From Eledone cirrhosa (Eukaryota), in the NCBI GenBank assembly GCA_964016885.1, contig OZ024741.1, positions 8,494,001 to 8,558,000 on the forward strand: DNA of 64,000 bases, in the 5' to 3' direction. Made by a program: the position numbers and the translations under genes. The notes beneath the pieces are model-generated. The model saw only the letters and a program-made list of their open reading frames with translations, did no database searches and was not told the DNA's origin. Below are positions 43,401-56,800 of the stretch, piece by piece; within the stretch, counting starts at the first letter, position 1, and every line of letters starts with the position of its first letter.

Positions 43401-45600
43401 CACCTCCATGTACAACATAGTCGAGGTTTTAGTCACCTCCATGTACAACATAGTCGAGGTTTTAGTCACCTCCATGTACACCATAGTGGAGGTTTAGTCA
43501 CCTCCATGTACAACATAGTCGAGGTTTTAGTCACCTCCATGTACAACATAGTCGAGGTTTTTGTCACTTCCATGTACAACATAGTCGAGGTTTTAGTCAC
43601 CTACATGAACAACATAGTCGAGGTTTTAGTCACCCCCATGTACAATATAGTGGAGGTTTTAGTCACCCCCATGTACGACATAGTCGAGGTTTTAGTCACC
43701 TCCATGTATAACATAGTCGAGGTTTTAGTCACCTCCATGTACAACATAGTCGAGGTTTTAGTCACCTCCATGTACAACATAGTCGAGTTTTTAGTCAACT
43801 CCATGTACAACATAGTCGAGGTTTTAGTCACGTCCATGTACAACATATGTGAGGTTTTAGTCACCTCCATGTACAACATAGTCGAGGTTTTAGTCACCTC
43901 CATGTACAACATAGTGGAGGTTTTAGTCACCTCCATGTACACCATAGTGGAGGTTTCAGTCACCTCCGTGTACACCATAGTGGCGGTTTTAGTCACCTCC
44001 ATGTACAACATAGTCGACGTTTTCGTCACCTCCATGTACAACGTAGTCGAAGTTTTAGTCACCTCCATGTACAACATAGTCGAGGTTTTAATCACCTCCA
44101 TGTACACCATAGTGGAGGTTTTAGTCACCTCCATGTACACCATAGTCGAGGTTTTAGTCACCTCCATGTACAACAAAGAGGAGGTTTTAGTCACTTTTAT
44201 GTACAACATAGTGGAGGTTTTAGTCACCTCCATGTACAACATAGTGGAGGTTTTAGTCACCTCCGTGTACACCATAGTGGAGCTTTTAGTCACCTCCATG
44301 TACAACATAGTGGAGGTTTTAGTCACCTCCATGTACAACATAGTCGAGGTTTTAGTCACCTCCATGTACAACATAATCGAGGTTTTAGTTACCTCCGTGT
44401 ACACCATAGTGGAGCTTTTAGTCACCTCCATATATAACATAGTCGAGGTTTTAGTCACCACCATGTACACCATAGTTTGGGTTTTAGTCACCTCCATATA
44501 CAACATAGTCGAGGTTTTAGTCACCTCCATGTACAACATAGTCGCAGTTTTAGTCACATCCATGTACACCATAGCGGAGGTTTTAGTCACCTCCATGTAC
44601 AACATAGTCGAGGTTTTAGTCACCTCTATGTACAACATAGTCGAGGTTTCAGTCACCTCCGTGTACAACATAGTTGAGGGTTTAGTGACCTCCGTGTACA
44701 CCATAGTGGAGCTTTTAGTCACCTCCATATACAACATAGTCGAGGTTTTAGTCACCTCCATGTACACCATAGTTTGAGGTTTTAGTCACCTCCATGTACA
44801 AGATAGTCGAGGTTTAGTCACCTCCATGTACAACATAGTCGCGGTTTTAGTCACCTCCATGTACACCATAGTCGAGGTTTTAGTCACCTCCATGTACAAC
44901 ATAGTCGAGGTTTGAGTCACCTCCATGTACAACATAGTCGAGGTTTTAGTCAACTCCATGTACAACATAGTCGAGGTTTTAGTCACCTCCATGTACAACA
45001 TATGAGAGGTTTTAGTCACCTCCATGTACAACATAGTCGAGGTTTTAGTCACCTCCATGTACAACATAGTGGAGGTTTTAGTCACCTCCATGTACACCAT
45101 AGTGGAGGTTTCAGTCACCTCCGTGTACACCATAGTCGAGGTTTTAGTCACCTCAATGTACAACATAGTCGAGGTTTTAGTCACATCCATGTACAACATA
45201 GTGGAGGATTTAGTCACCTCCATGTACACCATAGTCGAGGTTTTAGTCACCTCCATGTACAACATAGTCGAGGTTTTAGTCACCTCTATGTACAACATAG
45301 TCGACGTTTTCGTCACCTCCATGTACAACGTAGTCGAAGTTTTAGTCACCTCCATGTACAACATAGTCGAGGTTTTAATCACCTCCATGTACACCATAGT
45401 GGAGATTTTAGTCACCTCCATGTACACCATAGTCGAGGTTTTAGTCACCTCCATGTACAACAAAGAGGAGGTTTTAGTCACTTTCATGTACAACATAGTC
45501 GAGGTTTTAGTCACCTCCATGTACAACATAGTCGAGGTTTTAGTCACCTCCGTGTACAACATAGTGGAGGTTTTAGTCACCTCCGTGTAAACCATAGTGG
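37460..45600. repeat. Mosaic of shorter shuffled higher-order segments (partial period of about 4.3 kb)
   Basis: ORF pairs 38648/43008 (4360) and 39212/43506 (4294). The variant string GGTTTAG..GTTTTTG..CTACATGAAC..CCCCATG recurs at about 39200, 41475 and 43490. Confidence 0.7.
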
Positions 45601-46299
45601 AGCTTTTAGTCACCTCCATGTACAACATAGTGGAGGTTTTAGTCACCTCCATGCACAACACAGTCGAGGTTTTAGTCACCTCCATGTACAACATATTCGA
45701 GGTTTTAGTCACCTCCATGTACAACATAGTGGAGGTTTTAATCACCTCCATGTACAACATAGTCGAAGTTTTAGTCACCTCTATGTACAACATAGTCGAG
45801 GTTTTAGTAACCTCCATCTACAACATAGTCGAGGTTTTCATCACCTCCATGTACAACATAGTCGAGGTTTTAGTCACCTCTATGTACAACATAGTCGAGG
45901 TTTCAGTCACCTCCGTGTACAACATAGTTGAGGGTTTAGTCACTTCCGTGTACACCATAGTGGAGCTTTTAGTCACCTCCATATACAACATAGTCGAGGA
46001 TTTAGTCACCTCCATGTTCACCATATTTTGAGGTTTTAGTCACCTCCATGTACAAGATAGTCGAGGTTTTAGTCACCTCCATGTACAACATAGTCGCGGT
46101 TTTAGTCACCTCCATGTACACCATAGTGGAGGTTTTAGTCACCTCCATGTACAACATAGTCGAGGTTTTAGTCACCTCCATTTACAACAGAGTTGAGGTT
46201 TTAGTCACCTCCATGTACACCATAGTCGAGGTTTTAGTCACCTCCATGTACAACATAGTCGAGGTTTGAGTCACCTCCATGTACAACATAGTCGAGGTG

Positions 46300-46760
46300 T
46301 TAATCACCTCCATGTACAACATAGTCGAGGTTTTAATCACCTCCATGTACTTCATAGTCGAGGTTTTAATCACCTCCATGTACAACATAGTCGAGGTTTT
46401 AGTCACCTCTATGTACAACGTAGTCGAGGTTTTAGTGACCTCTATGTACAATATTTCAAGGTTTTAATCACCTCCATGTACACCATATTGGAGGTTTTAG
46501 TCACCTCCATGTACAACATAGTCGAGGTTTTAATCACCTCCATGTACAACATAGTCGAGGTTTTAGTCACCTACATGTACAACATAGTCGAGGTTTTAAT
46601 CACTTCCATGTACAACATAATCGAGGTTTTAGTCACCTCTATGTACAACGTAGTCGAGGTTTTAGTGACCTCTATGTACAATATTTCAAGGTTTTAATCA
46701 CCTCCATGTACACCATATTGGAGGTTTTAGTCACCTCCATGTACAACATAGTGGATGTAT
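46300..46760. repeat. Local 230-bp duplication (7 monomers minus 1 nt)
   Basis: GTGACCTCTATGTACAATATTTCAAGGTTTTAATC...ATATTGGAGG occurs at about 46435 and 46665. ORF ends 46467 and 46697 differ by 230. Confidence 0.8.
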
Positions 46761-47869
46761 TAGTCACCTCCATGTACACCATAGTGGAGGTTTCAGTCAC
46801 CTCCATGTACACCATAGTCGAGGTTTTAGTCACCTCCATGTACAACATAGTCGAGGTTTTTGTAACCTCCATCTACAACATAGTGGAGGTTTTAGTCACC
46901 TCCATGTACAACATAATCAAGGATTTAGTCACCTCCATGTACACCATAGTCGAGGTTTTAGTCACCTCCATGTACAACATAGTGGAGGTCTTAGTCACCT
47001 CCATGTACAACACAGTCGAGGTTGTAATCACTTCCATGTACAACATAGTCGAGGTTTTAGTCACCTCCATGTACAACATAGTGGAGGTCTTAGACACCTC
47101 CATGTACAACATAGTGGAGGTTTTAGTCACCTCCATGTACAACATAGTGGAGGTCTTAGTCACCTCCATGTACAACATAGTGGAGGTCTTAGTCACCTCC
47201 ATGTACAACATATTCGAGGTTTTAGTCACCTACATTACAAAGTAGTGGAGGTTTTAGTCACCTCTATGTACAACATAGTCGAGGTTTTATTCACCTCTAT
47301 GTACAACATAGTCGAAGTTTTAGTCACCCCATGTACAGCATAGTCGAGGTTTTAGTCACCTCCATGTACAACATAGTCGAGGTTTTAGTCACCTCCATGT
47401 ACAACATAGTAGAGGTTTTAGTCACCTCCATATACAACATAGTGGAGGTTTTAGTCACCTCCATGTACACCATAGTGGAGGTTTTAGTCGCCTCCATGTA
47501 CAACATAGTCGAGGTTTTAGTCAACTCCATGTACAACATAGTGCAGGTTTTAGTCAGCTCCATGTACAATATAGTCGTGGTTTTAGTCACCTCCATGTAC
47601 ACCATAGTGGAGGTTTTAGTCACCTCCATGTACAACATAATCGAGGTTTTAGTCACCTACATGTACAACATAGTCGAATGTTTTATTCACCTTCATGTAC
47701 AACATAGTCGAGCTTTTAGTCACCTCCATGTACAACATAGTGGAGGTTTTAGTCACCTCCATGTACACCATAGTAGAGGTTTAGTCACCTCCATGTACAA
47801 CACAGTCGAGGTTTTAGTCACCTCCATGTACAACATAGTCGATGTTTTAGTCAACTCCATGTACAACAT

Positions 47870-50800
47870 AGTCGAGGTTTTAGTCACCTACATGAACAAC
47901 ATAGTCGAGGTTTTAGTCACCCCCATGTACAACATAGTGGAGGTTTTAGTCACCTCCATGTACAACATAGTGGAGGTTTTAGTCACCTCCGTGTACAACA
48001 TAGTCGAGGTTTTAGTCACCTCCATGAACAACATAGTCGAGGTTTTAGTCCCCTCCATGTACAACAAAGTCGAGGTTTTAGTCGCCTCCATGTACAACAT
48101 AGTGGAGGTTTTAGTCACCTCCATGTACAACATATGTGAGGTTTTAGTCACCTCTATGTACAACATAGTCGAGGTTTTAGTCACCTCCATGTACAACATA
48201 GTCGAGGTTTTAGTCACCTCCATGTACAAAAAAGTCGAGGTTTTAGTCGCCTCCATGTACAACATAGTCGAGATTTTAGTCACCTCCATGTACACCATAG
48301 TGGCGGTTTTAGTCACCTCCATGTACAACATAGTCGAGGTTTTAGTCACCTCCATGTACAACATAGTCGAGGTTTTAGTCACCTCCATGTACAACATAAT
48401 CAAGGTTTTAGTCACCTCCATGTACACCATAGTCGAGGTTTTAGGCACCTCATGTACAACATAGTGGAGGTTTTAGTCACCTCCATGTACAACATAGTGG
48501 AGGTCTTAGTCACCTCCATGTACAACATAGTGGAGGTTTTAGTCACCTCCATGTACAACACAGTGAAGGTTTTAGTCACCTCCATGTACAACATAGTCGA
48601 GCTTTTAGTCACCTCCATGTACACCATAGTGGCGGTTTTAGTGACCTCCATGTACACCATAGTGGAGGTTTTAGTCTCCTCCATGTACAACATAGTGGAG
48701 GTTTTATTCACCTCCATGTACAACATAGTGCAGGTTTTAGTCAGATCCATGTTCAACATAGTCGAGGTTTTAGTCACCTCCATGTACACCATAGTGGAGA
48801 TTTTAGTCACCTCCATGTACAACATAATCGAGGTTTAAGTCACCTACATGTACAACATAGTGGAGGTTTTAGTCACCTCCATGTACACCATAGTTTGAGG
48901 TTTTAGTCACCTCCATGTACAACATAGTCGAAGTTTTAGTCACCTCCATGTACAACATAGTCGAGGTTTTAGTTACCTCCATGTACAACATAGTCGCGGT
49001 TTTAGTCACCTCCATGTACACCATAGTGAAGGTTTTAGTCACCTCCATGTACAACATAGTGGAGGTTTTAGTCACCTCCATGTACAACATAGTCGAGCTT
49101 TTAGTCACCTCCATGTACAACATAGTCGAGGTTTTAGTCACCTCCATGTACAACATAGTCGAGGTTTTAGTCACATCCATGTACAATATAGTCGAGGTTT
49201 TAGTCACCTCAATGTACAACATAGTCGAGGTTTTAGTCACCTCTATGTCCAACGTAGTCGATGTTTTAGTCACCTCCATGTACAACATAGTCGAGGTTTT
49301 AGTCACCTCCATGTACAACATAGTGGAGGGTTTAGTCACCTCCGTGTACACCATAGTGGAGCTTTTAGTCACCTCCATGTACAACATAATCGAGGTTTTA
49401 GTCAACTCCATATACAACATAGTCGAGGTTTTAGTCACCTCCATGTACAGCATAGTTTGAGGTTTTAGTCACCTCCATGTACAACGTAGTCGAGGTTTTA
49501 GTCACATCCATGTACAACATAGTCGAGGTTTTAGTGACCTCTATGTACAACATAATCGAGGTTTTAGTCACATCCATGTACACCATAGTCGAGGTTTTAG
49601 TCACCTCCATGTACAACATAGTCGAGGTTTTAGTAAGCTCCATCTACAACATAGTCGAGGTTTGAATCACCTCCATGTACAACATAGTCGAGGTTTTAGT
49701 CACCTCCATGTACATCATAGTCGAGGTTTTAATCATTTCCATGTACAACATAGACGAGGTTTTAGTCACCTCCATGTACACCATAGTGGAGGTTTTAGTC
49801 ACCTCCATGTACAACATAGTCGAGGTTTTAATCACCTCCATGTACAACATAGTCGAGGTTTTAGTCACCTCCATGTACACTACAGTGGAGGTTTTAGTCA
49901 CCTCCATGTACAACATAGTCGAGGTTTTAGTCACCTCCACGTACAACAGAGTGGAGGTTTTAGTCACCTCCATGTACACCATAGTCGAGGTTTTAGTCAC
50001 ATCCATGTACAACATAGTCGAGGTTTGAGTCACCTCCATGTATAACATAGTGGAAGTTTTAGTGACCTCCATGTACAACATAGTCGAGGTTTTAATCACC
50101 TCCATGTACAACATAGTCGAGGTTTTAGTCACCTCTATGTACAACGTAGTCGAGGTTTTAGTGACCTCTATGTACAACATTTCAAGGTTTTAATCACCTC
50201 CATGTACACCATATTGGAGGTTTTAGTCACCTCCATGTACACCATATTGGAGGTTTTAGTCACCTCCATGTACACCATGTTGGAGGTTTTAGTCACCTCC
50301 ATGTACAGCATAGTGGAGGTTTTAGTCACCTCCATGTACACCATAGTGGAGGTTTCAGTCACCTCCATGTACACGATAGTCGAGGTTTGAGTCACCTCCA
50401 TGTACAACATAGTCGAGGTTTTAGTCACCTCTATGTACAACATAGTCGACGTTTTCGTCACCTCCATGTACAACGTAGTCGAGGTTTTAGTCACCTCCAT
50501 GTACAACATAGTCGAGGTTTTAATCACCTCCATGTACAACATAGTGGAGGTTTTAGTCACCTCCATGTACACCATAGGCGAGGTTTTAGTCACCTCCATG
50601 TACACCATACTCGAGGTTTTAGTCACCTCCGTATACAACATAGTTGAGTGTTTAGTCACCTCCGTGTACACCATAGTGGAGCTTTTAGTCACCTCCATGT
50701 ACAACATAGTGCAGGTTTTAGTCAGCTCCATGTACAACATAGTCGATGTTTTAGTCACCTCCATGTACACCATAGTGGAGGTTTTATTCACCTCCATGTA

Positions 50801-53800
50801 CAATATAGTCGAGGTTTTAGTCACCTCCATGTACACCATAGTGGAGGTTTTAGTCGCCTCCATGTACAAGATAGTCGAGGTTTTATTCACCTCCATGTAC
50901 AACATAGTGCAGGTTTGAGTCAGATCCATGTTCAACATAGTCGAGGTTTTAGTCACCTCCATGTACAACATAATCGAGGTTTTAGTCACCTACATGTACA
51001 ATATAGTGGAGGTTTTAGTCACCTCCATGTACACCATAGTTTGAGGTTTTAGTCACCTCCATGTACAACATAGTCGAAGTTTTAGTCACCTCCATGTACA
51101 AGATAGTCGAGGTTTTAGTCACCTCCATGTACAACATAGTCGCGGGTTTAGTCACCTCCGTGTACACCATAGTGGAGCTTTTAGTCACCTCCATGTACAA
51201 CATAGTGGAGGTTTTAGTCACCTCCATGTACAACATAGTCGAGCTTTTAGTCACCTCCATGTACAACATAGTGGAGGTTTTAGTCACCTCCATGTACACC
51301 ATAGTGGAGGTTTCAGTCACCTCCGTGTACACCATAGTCGAGGTTTTAGTCACCACCATGTACAACATAGTCGAGGTTTTAGTCACGTCCATGTACAACA
51401 TAATCAAGGTTTTAGTCACCTCCATGTACACCATAGTCGAGGTTTTAGTCACCTCCATGTACAACATAGTCGAGGTTTTAGTCACCTCCATGTACAAAAT
51501 AGTGCAGGTTTTAGTCAGTTCCATGTACAACATAGTCGATGTTTTAGTCACCTCCATGTACACCATAGTGGAGGTTTTATTCACCTCCATGTACAATATA
51601 GTCGAGGTTTTAGTCACCTCCATGTACAACATAGTCGAGGTTTTAGTCACCTCCATGTACAACATAGTCGAGATTTTAGTCACCTCCACGTACAACATAA
51701 TCGAGGTTTTAGTCACCTACATGTACAACATAGTGGAGGTTTTAGTCCCCTCCATGTACACCATAGTTTGAGGTTTTAGTCACCTCCATGTACAACATAG
51801 TCGAAGTTTTAGTCACCTCCATGTACAACATAGTCGAGGTTTTAGTCACCTCCATGTACAACATAGTCGCGGTTTTAGTCACCTCCATGTACACCATAGT
51901 GGAGGTTTTAGTCACCTCCATGTACAACATAGTGGAGGTTTTAGTCACCTCCATGTACAACATAGTCGAGGTTTTAATCACCTCCATGTACAACATAGTC
52001 GAGGTTTTAGTCACCTACATGTACAACATAGTCGAGCTTCTAATCACTTCCATGTACAACATAATCGAGGTTTTAGTCACCTCTATGTACAACGTAGTCG
52101 AGGTTTTAGTGACCTCTATGTACACATTTCAAGGTTTTAATCACCTCCATGTACACCATATTGGAGGTTTTAGTCACCTCCATGTACAACATAGTGGATG
52201 TTTTAGTCACCTCCATGTACACCATAGTGGAGGTTTCAGTCACCTCCATGTACACCATAGTCGAGGTTTTAGTCACCTCCATGTACAATATAGTCGAGGT
52301 TTTAGTCACCTCCATGTACAACGTAGTGGAGGTTTTAGTCACCTCCATGTACACGATAGTCGAGGTTTGAGTCACCTCCATGTACAACATAGTCGAGGTT
52401 TTAGTCACCTCTATGTACAACATAGTCGACGTTTTCGTCACCTCCATGTACAACGTAGTCGAGGTTTTAGTCACCTCCATGTACAACATAGTCGAGGTTT
52501 TAATCACCTCCATGTACAACATAGTGGAGGTTTTAGTCACCTCCATGTACACCATAGGCGAGGTTTTAGTCACCTCCATGTACAACAAAGAGGAGGTTTT
52601 AGTCACTTCCATGTACAACATAGTCGAGGTTTTAGTCACCTCCATGTACAACATAGTCGAGGTTTTAGTCACCTCCATGTACAACATAGTCGAGGTTTTA
52701 CTCACTTCCATGTACAACATAATCGAGATTTTAGTTACCTCCATGTACACCATAGTGGCGGTTTTAGTGACCTCCATGTACAACATAGTCGAGGTTTTAG
52801 TCACCTCCATGTACAACATAGTCGAGGTTTTAGTCACCTACATGTACAACATAATCAAGGTTTTAGTCACCTCCATGTACACCATAGTCGAGGTTTTAGT
52901 CACCTCCGTATACAACATAGTTGAGGGTTTAGTCACCTCCGTGTACACCATAGTGGAGCTTTTAGTCACCTCCATGTACAACATAGTGCAGGTTTTAGTC
53001 AGCTCCATGTACAACATATTCGAGGTTTTAGTCACATCCATGTACACCATAGTGGAGGTTTTAGTCACCTCCATGTACAACATAATCGAGGTTTTAGTCA
53101 CCTACATGTACAACATAGTCGAATGTTTTATTCACCTTCATGTACAACATAGTCGAGCTTTTAGTCACCTACATATACACCATATTGGAGGTTTTAGTCA
53201 CCTCCATGTACAACATAGTCGAGGTTTTAGTCACCTCCATGTACAACATAGTCGAGGTTTTAGTCACCACCATGTACACCATAGTGGAGGTTTAGTCACC
53301 TCCATGTACAACATAGTCGAGGTTCTAGTCACCTCCATGTACAACATAGTCGAGGTTTTAGTCACCTACATGTACAACATAGTCGAGGTTTTAGTCACCT
53401 CCATGTACAACATAGTCGAGGTATTAGTCACCTCCATGTACAACATAGTCGAGGTTTTAATCAACTCCATGTACAACATAGTCGAGGTTTTAGTCACCTC
53501 CATGTACAACATAGTCGAGGTTTTAGTCACCTCCATGTACACCAGTGGAGGTTTTAGTCAACTCCGTGTACAACATAGTGGAGGTTTATAGTCACCTCCA
53601 TGTACGCCATAGTCGAGTGTTTAGTCACCTCCATGTACAACATAGTGGAGGTTTTAGTCACCTCCATGTACAACATAGTCGAGCTTTTAGTCACCTCCAT
53701 GTACAACATAGTGGAGGTTTTAGTCACCTCCATGTACACCATAGTGGAGGTTTCTGTCACCTCCATGTACACCATAGTCGAGGTTTTAGTCACCACCATG

Positions 53801-56800
53801 TACAACATAGTCGAGGTTTTAGTCACCTCCATGTACAACATAGTGGAGGTTTTAGTCACCTCCATGTACACGATAGTCGAGGTTTGAGTCACCTCCATGT
53901 ACAACATAGTCGAGGTTTTAGTCACCTCTATGTACAACATAGTCGACGTTTTCGTCACCTCCATGTACAACGTAGTCGAGGTTTTAGTCACCTCCATGTA
54001 CAACATAGTCGAGGTTTTAATCACCTCCATGTACAACATAGTCGAGGTTTTAGTCACCTCCATGTACACCATAGGCGAGGTTTTAGTCACCTCCATGTAC
54101 AACAAAGAGGAGGTTTTAGTCACCTCTATGTACAACATAGTCGAGATTTTAGTCACCTCCATGTACACCATAGTGGCGGTTTTAGTCATTTCCATGTACA
54201 CCATAGTGGCGGTTTTAGTCACCTCCATGTACAACATAGTCGAGGTCTTAGTCACCGCCATGTAAAACATAATCAAGGTTTTAGTCACCTACATGAACAA
54301 CATAGTCGAGGTTTTAGTCACCCCCATGTACAACATAGTGGAGGTTTTAGTCACCTCCATGTACAACATAGTGGAGGTTTTAGTCACCTCCATGTACAAC
54401 ATAGTCGAGGTTTTAGTCACCTCCATGAACAACATAGTCGAGGTTTTAGTCCCCTCCATGTACAACAAAGTCGAGGTTTTAGTCGCCTCCATGTACAACA
54501 TAGTGGAGGTTTTAGTCACCTCCATGTACAACATATGTGAGGTTTTAGTCACCTCTATGTACAACATAGTCGAGGTTTTAGTCACCTCCATGTACAACAT
54601 AGTCGAGGTTTTAGTCACCTCCATGTACAAAAAAGTCGAGGTTTTAGTCGCCTCCATGTACAACATAGTCGAGATTTTAGTCACCTCCATGTACACCATA
54701 GTGGCGGTTTTAGTCACCTCCATGTACAACATAGTCGAGGTTTTAGTCACCTCCATGTACAACATAGTGGATGTTTTAGTCACCTCCATGTACAACATAG
54801 TGGAGGTTTTAGTCACCTCCATGTACAACATAGTGAAGGTTTTAGTCACCTCCATGTACAACATAGTCGAGCTTTTAGTCACCTCCATGTACACCATAGT
54901 GGCGGTTTTAGTGACCTCCATGTACACCATAGTGGAGGTTTTAGTCTCCTCCATGTACAACATAGTGGAGGTTTTATTCACCTCCATGTACAACATAGTG
55001 CAGGTTTTAGTCAGATCCATGTTCAACATAGTCGAGGTTTTAGTCACCTCCATGTACACCATAGTGGAGATTTTAGTCACCTCCATGTACAACATAATCG
55101 AGGTTTAAGTCACCTACATGTACGACATAGTGGAGGTTTTAGTCACCTCCATGTACACCATAGTTTGAGGTTTTAGTCACCTCCATGTACAACATAGTCG
55201 AAGTTTTAGTCACCTCCATGTACAACATAGTCGAGGTTTTAGTTACCTCCATGTACAACATAGTCGCGGTTTTAGTCACCTCCATGTACACCATAGTGAA
55301 GGTTTTAGTCACCTCCATGTACAACATAGTGGAGGTTTTAGTCACCTCCATGTACAACATAGTCGAGCTTTTAGTCACCTCCATGTACAACATAGTCGAG
55401 GTTTTAGTCACCTCCATGTACAACATAGTCGAGGTTTTAGTCACATCCATGTACAATATAGTCGAGGTTTTAGTCACCTCAATGTACAACATTATCGAGG
55501 TTTTAGTCACCTCTATGTCCAACGTAGTCGATGTTTTAGTCACCTCCATGTACAACATAGTCGAGGTTTTAGTCACCTCCATGTACAACATAGTTGAGGG
55601 TTTAGTCACCTCCGTGTACACCATAGTGGAGCTTTTAGTCACCTCCATGTACAACATAATCGAGGTTTTAGTCAACTCCATATACAACATAGTCGAGGTT
55701 TTAGTCACCTCCATGTACAGCATAGTTTGAGGTTTTAGTCACCTCCATGTACAACGTAGTCGAGGTTTTAGTCACATCCATGTACAACATAGTCGAGGTT
55801 TTAGTGACCTCTATGTACAACATAATCGAGGTTTTAGTCACATCCATGTACACCATAGTCGAGGTTTTAGTCACCTCCATGTACAACATAGTCGAGGTTT
55901 TAGTAACCTCCATCTACAACATAGTCGAGGTTTTAATCACCTCCATGTACAACATAGTCGAGGTTTTAGTCACCTCCATGTACATCATAGTCGAGGTTTT
56001 AATCATTTCTATGTACAACATAGTCGAGGTTTTAGTCACCTCCATGTACACCATAGTGGAGGTTTTAGTCACCTCCATGTACAACATAGTCGAGGTTTTA
56101 ATCACCTCCATGTACAACATAGTCGAGGTTTTAGTCACCTCCATGTACACCATAGTGGAGGTTTTAGTCACCTCCATGTACAACATAGTCGAGGTTTTAG
56201 TCACCTCCACGTACAACAGAGTGGAGGTTTTAGTCACCTCCATGTACACCATAGTCGAGGTTTTAGTCACCTCCATGTACAACATAGTCGAGGTTTGAGT
56301 CACCTCCATGTATAACATAGTGGAAGTTTTAGTGACCTCCATGTACAACATAGTCGAGGTTTTAATCACCTCCATGTACAACATAGTCGAGGTTTTAGTC
56401 ACCTCTATGTACAACGTAGTCGAGGTTTTAGTGACCTCTATGTACAACATTTCAAGGTTTTAATCACCTCCATGTACACCATATTGGAGGTTTTAGTCAC
56501 CTCCATGTACACCATATTGGAGGTTTTAGTCACCTCCATGTACACCATGTTGGAGGTTTTAGTCACCTCCATGTACAGCATAGTCGAGGTTTTAGTCACC
56601 TCCATGTACACCATAGTGGAGGTTTCAGTCACCTCCATGTACACGATAGTCGAGGTTTGAGTCACCTCCATGTACAACATAGTCGAGGTTTTAGTCACCT
56701 CTATGTACAACATAGTCGACGTTTTCGTCACCTCCATGTACAACGTAGTCGAGGTTTTAGTCACCTCCATGTACAACATAGTCGAGGTTTTAATCACCTC

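Noticed and set aside
44912-45931. His-rich metal-binding or zinc-finger-like repeat (HLHVQHSRGFS)
   Set aside because: There is no conserved Cys pattern. It is simply the second open frame of the same satellite monomer.
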